In this document: one piece after another, positions 57,576 through 64,000 of the stretch
How positions within the stretch are numbered: the stretch's first letter is position 1
How the letters are laid out: each line of letters starts with the position of its first letter
Source of the DNA: Woeseiaceae bacterium
GTDB lineage: Bacteria; Pseudomonadota; Gammaproteobacteria; Steroidobacterales; Woeseiaceae
DNA length: 64,000 nt
Direction of reading: 5' to 3'
Assembly: GCA_013042375.1 (NCBI GenBank)
Contig: JABDQH010000030.1
Span: 16,800-80,799, forward strand
Notes under the pieces: generated by a model
What the model was told of the DNA's origin: nothing
The model's input: the letters and a program-made list of their open reading frames with translations, nothing else
The model's database searches: none
Position numbers and translations under genes: made by a program

Positions 57576-58808
57576 CTCCTCGACGATGTCCTTCCAGGAC
57601 CGCTGGCGATTGACAAATTTCTTCAACCATTTGCGCAGCTTCACGCCGTTTGCAGACTCGTTGAAATCGGGCGTCTGCAGCGCCGTATGCGTGATGCTCC
57701 CCGCGCGGATGAAGCGCCGGTATCGATGCGGGAACAGGTCGTTAATCTCGCCGTGTTCGCTGATGATCAGGTCACGATAAGCAAGACCCGTGAGCAGGAA
57801 TTCGGTCTGGTACGTCGGGTCGTCGGGCGACACCGTCGGCAGCAGGTTCATGAAGAACCGGTTGGTCGTATCGAAATCCGTCGAATAGAAGGCCTCGCGA
57901 ATCGTCCGGTCGTTGTGCAGGCGCCACTTGATCAAGGCCGTGCCCTGGCCGAGAGCGTCGCAATCCGTGCAGCTCGCCGGGTAGAACTGGTCGAATTGCC
58001 AGTCGGCCGCGCGCGCCGCAATGGCCCCGGTATCGGCGAGATTGATGGCCACGGGACCGGCGTCGTTGAAGACCATGAGCTTTCGGTCGTTGCCGAACGC
58101 CATGCGCGCCAGGAACGGCGCGAATGCGGTGGCGCCGACGCCGCCGGCGCTGGAGCCTGCGACGAGGATCCGGCGTGCGCGCGGGAACTCGTGCTTCGCC
58201 AGGTCGATGCCCGCGGTCACGTTGCGCAGACCGCGATGGAACCTGGCCGGCGGGCCGCTGCCGGCCGGCAAGCCGAGCGCAGCCTCGAAGAAGGCCTGCC
58301 ATTCAGCGTCCGGGACGTCGTTGTCGCCCGTGAACACCGAGCCGTCGCAATACGGCAGGTAGACCACGGACCAGTCATCGAGCGGATTCAGTCCGGATTC
58401 ATCGTCCCAGATGCCTACCGGCGGCGGCGGCGGTTCCTGGCTTTCAGAGAATATGTTGCAGTTGTAAAACCCCTGCCAGCACGCCCCACCGCCCTGCAGC
58501 ATGATCAACAATTTCCTGGGATTTCGCTTGCGCGAGAAAACCGAGTACGGCGAGCCCGCGACGCAGATCGGGCCGTCGAAAGACGCGCCGGGATCGAACG
58601 TGTGTTTGATCCAGCCTTCGCCCACCGGAGCCGAGGCTGCGGGTTGGAACTTGCCGACGTACTTGTCGACGTTGGCCTCCTTGAGTTCTGCCGCCGCGTG
58701 CGGATTGAGGCCGCCTTTGTACTTGTACTTTGCCTTGGAATCGGCGCTGGCGTCGGCCGTCCACAGTGACAATGCAAGAAGAAGGAACAGCGATAGTGCG
58801 TGTTTCAT
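57561..58808 (-). CDS. Secreted pectinacetylesterase/Notum-like alpha/beta hydrolase
   Basis: Signal peptide; family motifs LIMLQGGGACW, YLPYCDGSVFTG, and nucleophile elbow LVAGSSAGGVGA. Confidence 0.6.
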   Translation of the reverse strand: MKHALSLFLLLALSLWTADASADSKAKYKYKGGLNPHAAAELKEANVDKYVGKFQPAASAPVGEGWIKHTFDPGASFDGPICVAGSPYSVFSRKRNPRKLLIMLQGGGACWQGFYNCNIFSESQEPPPPPVGIWDDESGLNPLDDWSVVYLPYCDGSVFTGDNDVPDAEWQAFFEAALGLPAGSGPPARFHRGLRNVTAGIDLAKHEFPRARRILVAGSSAGGVGATAFAPFLARMAFGNDRKLMVFNDAGPVAINLADTGAIAARAADWQFDQFYPASCTDCDALGQGTALIKWRLHNDRTIREAFYSTDFDTTNRFFMNLLPTVSPDDPTYQTEFLLTGLAYRDLIISEHGEINDLFPHRYRRFIRAGSITHTALQTPDFNESANGVKLRKWLKKFVNRQRSWKDIVEELPAP

Positions 58809-58956
58809 AGTGCCCCCTGATTTTGAGATTTATTCTTCGCCCTTGTGAAGTATAGGCCAAATCCGCCGTTTGATTATTGTCAAAGACGCCCGGCGTGTCG
58901 GGACGCCCTACTTATGTTAAATATGGGTTTGCCAGAGCAATGCAACGCAGCTGTTA

Positions 58957-60462
58957 TCAGTCGAATACTTCCGGCCGCATGTGCGGGAACAGCAATACGT
59001 CGCGTATCGACGGGGAGTCGGTCAGCAACATGACGAGCCGGTCCACGCCGATACCGATGCCCGTGGTCGGCGGCAAGCCGTACTCGAGTGCCCGAATGTA
59101 GTCATGGTCGTAAGACATGGCCTCGTCGTCGCCGGCCGCTGCAGCCTCGACCTGCGCCCGGAACCTCTCGGCCTGTTCCTCGGGATCGTTGAGCTCCGAG
59201 AACCCGTTGGCGATCTCCCGACCTGCAATGAACAGCTCGAAGCGATCGGTGAGGAACGGGTCCTCGTCGTTCTTGCGCGCCAGCGGCGAGACCTCTGCCG
59301 CATACTGCGTGATGAAGGTCGGCTGTCTGAGCTGCGCCTCGCCCGTCGCTTCGAAAATCTCGGTCTGAAGCTTGCCGGGCCCGTAGCCCGGCCTGACGTC
59401 CACGCCGACCTTCTCCGCATAGGCGGCCAGGTAATCGTGATCGCGTGCCCGCGTCATGTCGAAGTCAGCGTTGTACTTCTCGATGCACTCCTCGACCGTC
59501 ATGCGCTCGAAGGACTTGCCGAAGTCGTAGGTTTCGCCCTGGTAGTTGACGATCGTCGAGCCGGTCACGGCCTCGGCCATGCCGTGCAGCATCGCCTCGG
59601 TCGTGTCCATCCAGTCGTTGTAGTCGGCAAAGGCGCGATAGGCCTCGAGCATCGTGAACTCGGGGTTGTGCTGCGTCGATACGCCCTCGTTGCGGAAACT
59701 ACGATTGATCTCGTAGACCCGATCGAAGCCGCCGACGATGAGGCGCTTGAGATTCAGCTCGGGCGCAATGCGCAGGTACAACGGCATGTCGAGCGCATTG
59801 TGGTGCGTCGTGAACGGTCTCGCGATGGCGCCGCCCGGCGTCACCTGCATCATCGGCGTTTCGACTTCGAGAAAATCGAGCGCCTCGAGGAAGCCCCGCA
59901 TATAGGTAACGATGGCCGAGCGCTTGCGAAAGATCTCGCGGCTCTTCTCATTGATGATGAGGTCGACGTAGCGCTGGCGATAGCGTGTCTCCTGGTCCGA
60001 GAGGCCCGCCCATTTCTCCGGCAATGGCCGCAGCGATTTCGTCAGCAGGCGCAGCTCGTCGGCCATGACCGTGAGTTCACCCGTGTTGGTGCGAAACAGC
60101 ATACCCTTGGTGCCGACGATGTCGCCGACGTCCCACTTCTTGAATCCCTGGTAGACGCCGTCGGGCAGGCGATCGCGTTCCAGGCGTACCTGGATCTGGC
60201 CCGAGCGGTCCTGCAGCTTGACGAAGCTGGCCTTGCCCATGACGCGTTTGGCCATCATGCGGCCCGATACGGACACCTCGATCTGCTCTTCTGCGAGCGC
60301 TTCCTTGTCGTGATCGTGGAAGGTCTGGTGCAGTTCCTCTGCGATCGCGTTGCGTCGAAAGTCGTTCGGGAATGGATTGCCCTGCTCGCGCAGCGCGTTC
60401 AGCTTGGCGCGCCGTTCGGCGATGAGCTTGTTCTCGTCCGGCTTGCGGGTGTCGTCACTCAT
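58957..60462 (-). CDS. lysS: Lysyl-tRNA synthetase, class II
   Basis: ATG at 60462 ([28 protein letters not shown]); OB anticodon domain; class II motifs 1-3. Starts 4 nt after the prfB stop. Confidence 0.95.
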   Translation of the reverse strand: MSDDTRKPDENKLIAERRAKLNALREQGNPFPNDFRRNAIAEELHQTFHDHDKEALAEEQIEVSVSGRMMAKRVMGKASFVKLQDRSGQIQVRLERDRLPDGVYQGFKKWDVGDIVGTKGMLFRTNTGELTVMADELRLLTKSLRPLPEKWAGLSDQETRYRQRYVDLIINEKSREIFRKRSAIVTYMRGFLEALDFLEVETPMMQVTPGGAIARPFTTHHNALDMPLYLRIAPELNLKRLIVGGFDRVYEINRSFRNEGVSTQHNPEFTMLEAYRAFADYNDWMDTTEAMLHGMAEAVTGSTIVNYQGETYDFGKSFERMTVEECIEKYNADFDMTRARDHDYLAAYAEKVGVDVRPGYGPGKLQTEIFEATGEAQLRQPTFITQYAAEVSPLARKNDEDPFLTDRFELFIAGREIANGFSELNDPEEQAERFRAQVEAAAAGDDEAMSYDHDYIRALEYGLPPTTGIGIGVDRLVMLLTDSPSIRDVLLFPHMRPEVFD

Positions 60463-60466
60463 GAAT

Positions 60467-61562
60467 CTACAGTCCCTGTTTGAGGCTTGCCTCGATAAAG
60501 GCGTCGAGGCCGCCGTCGAGTACCGCCTGAGTGTTACCGGTTTCGACGCCGGTGCGCAAATCCTTGATACGGCTCTGGTCCAGGACGTAATTGCGAATCT
60601 GGCTGCCCCAGCCGACGTCGGCCTTGCCTTCCTCGACCACGGCTGCCGCGGCACGCCGCTCCTGCAACTCCATCTCGTAGAGCTTGGCCTTGAGCTGGTT
60701 CATCGCCGTCGCCTTGTTCTTGTGCTGCGAGCGGTCGTTCTGGCATTGCACGACGATGTTGGACGGCAGGTGCGTTATACGCACGGCCGACTCTGTGCGG
60801 TTGACGTGCTGGCCGCCCGCGCCGCTGGCACGATATACGTCGATGCGCAGGTCCGAAGGGTCGATCTCGATGTCGATGTTGTCGTCCACCTCCGGCGACA
60901 CGAACACGGAGGCAAACGAGGTGTGGCGACGATTGCCCGCGTCGAACGGTGATTTGCGTACCAGTCGGTGTACGCCGGTCTCGGTCCGCAGCCAGCCGTA
61001 GGCGTACTCGCCGACCACGTAGACGGTCGCGCTCTTGATGCCGGCCACTTCACCCGCCGAGGCCTCGATTACGTCGGCCTTGAAGCCGTGCGCCTCGGCC
61101 CACCTCAGGTACATACGCAGCAGCATTTCTGCCCAGTCCTGCGCCTCGGTGCCGCCCGCACCCGACTGGATGTCGAGGTAGGCGTTGTTGGCATCCATGT
61201 CGCCCGAGAACATGCGCCGAAACTCGAGGCCTGCCACGCGCTGTTCGTACGCCTCGAGGTCGGACACGACCTCGGCGACGGTCTCTTCGTCGCTTTCCTC
61301 GACCGCCATCTCGAGTAATTCGCCCGCATCGCCGAGCCCCGTTTGCAATTCGTCCAGGCCGGCCACAACCTGCTCGAGCTGCGCACGCTCCTGGCCCAGC
61401 GCCTGCGCGCGCTCGGGCTCGTTCCATACGTCGGGTTGCTCGAGCTCGCGCTGGACTTCGGTCAGGCGCTCCGCCTTGCCTTCGTAGTCAAAGATACCCC
61501 CTCAACGCAGCGGTGCGTTCGGCGAGGTCGGCAATGGTCTGCTTGATCTGGCTCGTTTCCAT
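60467..61562 (-). CDS. prfB: Peptide chain release factor 2 (programmed +1 frameshift)
   Basis: ORF1 is [24 protein letters not shown]-stop (61562-61488). The +1 frame continues DYEGK... through the SPF and GGQ (GAGGQHVN) motifs to 60467. Confidence 0.92.
61488..61502 (-). promoter_or_regulatory. prfB +1 frameshift site AGGGGG-TAT-CTT-TGA
   Basis: Minus strand reads AGGGGGTATCTTTGAC, which matches the E. coli prfB recoding cassette as I recall it (internal SD, CUU slippery codon, UGA-C). Confidence 0.88.
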
Positions 61563-61578
61563 GGGTTTGAACAGGTCC

Positions 61579-63288
61579 CTACAGTTCGGCAACCTGTTCA
61601 ACGACAAGCTGCGGCGATTCGACGCCGCGATATTCGTTAACGTCGAGCCGGAATGCAAGCTGGATCGTGCCGCGGTAGGCCGGCCCCGCCTGGTTGAACG
61701 CAATGGCATCGACCGCTCGTCCCCCTGCCGCGGGACGCACGCGCAGCTTGAGGTGGTTCTGGCCAACGACGCGTTGCTCCTCAATCGTGAAGTCGCCGCA
61801 CCACGTCGGCTCCGGAAACGCCGCCCCCCAGGGTCCTGCCTCGCGCAAGGAGCGCGCGAACTCGAGGCTGAGCGCCTCGCCCGGCAACGGACCATCCGTT
61901 ACGATCGCCCCGCTGAAATCCGCGTCGGGATAGAGACGCGCCATTTGCGCCGCGACCACCTCCCTGAACTGGGCGAAATGCGCCTCGGCAATCGTGAGCC
62001 CGGCCGCCATCGCATGTCCGCCGAACTTGACGATCAGCTCGGGCTTGACGGCGTGCACGGCCTCGAGCAGGTCGCGCACGTGCACACCCTGGATCGAGCG
62101 CGCCGAGCCCTTGAGCAGTTCGTCGCTCTCGCGCGCGAACGCGATGACGGGACGATGGCAGCGTTCCCGCACACGCGCGGCGATCAGGCCGACCACGCCC
62201 TGGTGCCACTCCGCGTCGTACACGCACACGCACGCCGGCCAGCGTTGCGCCCCGAGTGAATCGACATATGCGAACGCCTGGTCCCGCATCGTCGCCTCGA
62301 TGTCGCGACGTTCGCTGTTGATGCGATCGAGCAGGCCGGCGTGATGCATCGCCGTGTCGAAGTCGTCGCTCAGCAGGCATTCGATCCCGACCGAAATATC
62401 CTCGAGCCGCCCCGCCGCGTTGATGCGCGGGCCAGCCGCAAAGCCGAGGTCGGAACTCACGCAGCGCGCCGGCTGGCGCCCCGCTTGCTGCAGCAGGGCC
62501 TGGATACCGGCGATCGAGCGTCCTGCACGAATACGCCGCAGCCCCTGGTGAACCAGCACACGATTGTTGTGATCGAGCGGTACGACGTCGGCAACGGTCC
62601 CGAGTGCGACGAGATCGAGGTACTTCGCCGGAACCTTCGCGGCGCCCTCAACACCCTGCGCCTCGAGCATGCGACCGACCCGCGCCATGAGATAGAAGGC
62701 AACGCCGACACCGGCGAGACACGTGCTCGGGAAGGCGCTGCCGGGCAGGTTCGGGTTCAAGATGACGGTCGCCTCGGGCAGGTTTTCACCCGGCAGGTGA
62801 TGGTCGGTCACGAGCACGGGAATGCCGAGACGATTGGCTTCCTCGACGCCTTCGATACTCGAAATGCCGTTGTCGACCGTGAGCAGCAGGGCCGGGTCGC
62901 GCTGCGCCGCGACGCTGACGATCTCGGGCGTCAGGCCGTAGCCATAGTCGAAGCGATTCGGGACGAGGTAGTCGACGTCGCCAAACCCGAATTCGCGCAG
63001 GCAGCGCAACACGAGTGCCGTACTCGTCGCCCCGTCGACGTCGAAGTCGCCGACGACGATGATCCGGCGCTCGCGATGCGCAATGACGAGTTCCGCTGCC
63101 TCGTCGATATTGTCGAGCGAACTGACCGGCGCGAGCCGCGCCAGGCCGTAGTCGAGTTCCTCGGGCCCCGCCAGGCCGCGCATCGCAAACAGGCGCGCAT
63201 GCACGGGGTCGATGTCGCCGAGCGCCGCCATCGCCGCCGCGCTCGGCATTGGCCGGGTGACGATCGGTCTCGCCCTGTGCGCCGTCAT
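61579..63288 (-). CDS. recJ: Single-stranded-DNA-specific exonuclease RecJ
   Basis: DHH motifs (VGDFDVDGATS, DHH at LVTDHH), DHHA1 (GGHAMAAG), C-terminal OB. Confidence 0.92.
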   Translation of the reverse strand: MTAHRARPIVTRPMPSAAAMAALGDIDPVHARLFAMRGLAGPEELDYGLARLAPVSSLDNIDEAAELVIAHRERRIIVVGDFDVDGATSTALVLRCLREFGFGDVDYLVPNRFDYGYGLTPEIVSVAAQRDPALLLTVDNGISSIEGVEEANRLGIPVLVTDHHLPGENLPEATVILNPNLPGSAFPSTCLAGVGVAFYLMARVGRMLEAQGVEGAAKVPAKYLDLVALGTVADVVPLDHNNRVLVHQGLRRIRAGRSIAGIQALLQQAGRQPARCVSSDLGFAAGPRINAAGRLEDISVGIECLLSDDFDTAMHHAGLLDRINSERRDIEATMRDQAFAYVDSLGAQRWPACVCVYDAEWHQGVVGLIAARVRERCHRPVIAFARESDELLKGSARSIQGVHVRDLLEAVHAVKPELIVKFGGHAMAAGLTIAEAHFAQFREVVAAQMARLYPDADFSGAIVTDGPLPGEALSLEFARSLREAGPWGAAFPEPTWCGDFTIEEQRVVGQNHLKLRVRPAAGGRAVDAIAFNQAGPAYRGTIQLAFRLDVNEYRGVESPQLVVEQVAEL

Positions 63289-64000
63289 GTCAGCAGCGCG
63301 TCGCTGCGACGCCAGAAACGCAGTGCATGCGAACGCCGAACTTCGGCGCGCACGCCGTCGCGGAACAGCAGCACGAGCCGGCTGACTCGTTTGGCGTGCA
63401 GCAGATTACGCAGCTCGTCGAGGTAGCCGCGCAAGGTCTCCGGGCGCACGTCGTTCTCAGGCGTAACGGCAACGAAGCCATGCGACGAGGCTTCGGAGCA
63501 GGCCGCGAAGCTACCGGGCCAGGTATCGCTGATGGCCGTGGCACTCTCCCAGAAGCCATACAGCAGGGCATCGTCGGCAAACAGTGGCGGTTGCGGCCGC
63601 GCCGTCATCTCGGGCGCCGTGCCACCGCCCCAGAGCCACAGCGAATTGACGGGCGGTTTGCCTTCTTCGACCCGGCGCAGGTTGACGTCGTGCTCGTGCA
63701 GGGCCATCTCGATCTCACTGACGGTATTGCGGTACATGGCCGTGTGGGCACCTGTTGGCAGGAAGTCGCCGGGCGGCTGCTGATCGACGACATACGCCGG
63801 TACCGCCGCCGTCGACATCGGTTCCTCGGCCCGCAGATAGCCGCTCGAACCGAGTCGCGCGAATCCGTATTGCCGCTCACCCGCCAGCGTCTCCTGCAGG
63901 TGATTGAATAGCTGCCTCAGGTCCGGCGGCGGAACGGTGTCGCCGCGCAGCGCGTGCAGGCACAGGTGATCGAGTCGCGGCTCCAGGTAGACGGGATCAG
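63285..64000 (-). CDS. Conserved hypothetical protein, C-terminal part (5' end outside window)
   Basis: The minus-strand frame stays open from 63818 to the window edge (my manual translation gives ...VYLEPRLDHLCLHALRGDTVPPPDLRQLFNHLQETLAGERQYGFARLGSSGYLRAEEP-MSTAAV...). ATGA overlap with recJ. No family recognised with confidence. Confidence 0.5.
   Translation of the reverse strand, partial: DPVYLEPRLDHLCLHALRGDTVPPPDLRQLFNHLQETLAGERQYGFARLGSSGYLRAEEPMSTAAVPAYVVDQQPPGDFLPTGAHTAMYRNTVSEIEMALHEHDVNLRRVEEGKPPVNSLWLWGGGTAPEMTARPQPPLFADDALLYGFWESATAISDTWPGSFAACSEASSHGFVAVTPENDVRPETLRGYLDELRNLLHAKRVSRLVLLFRDGVRAEVRRSHALRFWRRSDALLT

Noticed and set aside
58880-58910. Possible terminator hairpin for lysS (GGCGT-GTCGGG-ACGCC).
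   Set aside because: It has only a 5-bp stem and no flanking U-tract on the relevant strand.

Overview
GC-rich chromosomal core region of a gammaproteobacterium (strong GC3 bias; gene order matches known E. coli/Pseudomonas/Vibrio blocks). It is almost wall-to-wall housekeeping CDS. Left to right: gspD(partial)-gspE-gspF; an SOS mutagenesis operon lexA-imuA-imuB-dnaE2 with a canonical LexA box; a divergent pair of secreted proteins (unknown plus transglutaminase-like); an Lpp/OprI-like lipoprotein convergent with a LysM-YkuD L,D-transpeptidase; GST. Then fabH-plsX-rpmF-yceD / maf / rluC / rne (E. coli-like block cut off after fabH); LMW-PTP; a roughly 380-nt ORF-free, terminator-capped locus; kdsB-lpxK-msbA-exbD-exbB-comEC; DUF2062; lolD plus two LolC/E permeases; mfd-csiV. 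The long minus-strand string runs rpoE-rseABC-grx-lepA-lepB-DUF4845-rnc-era-recO-pdxJ-acpS-exonuclease-rlmD-nagZ-MTAP-GGDEF. It ends with DUF1674-sdhCDAB-sdhE-ygfX with divergent ygfZ; a Notum/pectinacetylesterase-like esterase; and recJ-prfB(+1 frameshift)-lysS. I saw no rRNA, tRNA, CRISPR array, transposase or prophage. Many ORF-track entries are over-extended at the N-terminus, and the track shows GTG/TTG starts as M; I trimmed starts using homology-typical N-termini and stop/start overlaps. I found no clear multi-gene novel system. The best candidates for something undescribed are the unassigned structured non-coding locus at about 22.5-23.0 kb (possible protein-sponge sRNA with a GacA/UvrY-like upstream box), the secreted unknown/transglutaminase pair beside the SOS operator, and a degenerate GGDEF protein that keeps its I-site. 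All family calls come from motif recognition by eye, not from searches.
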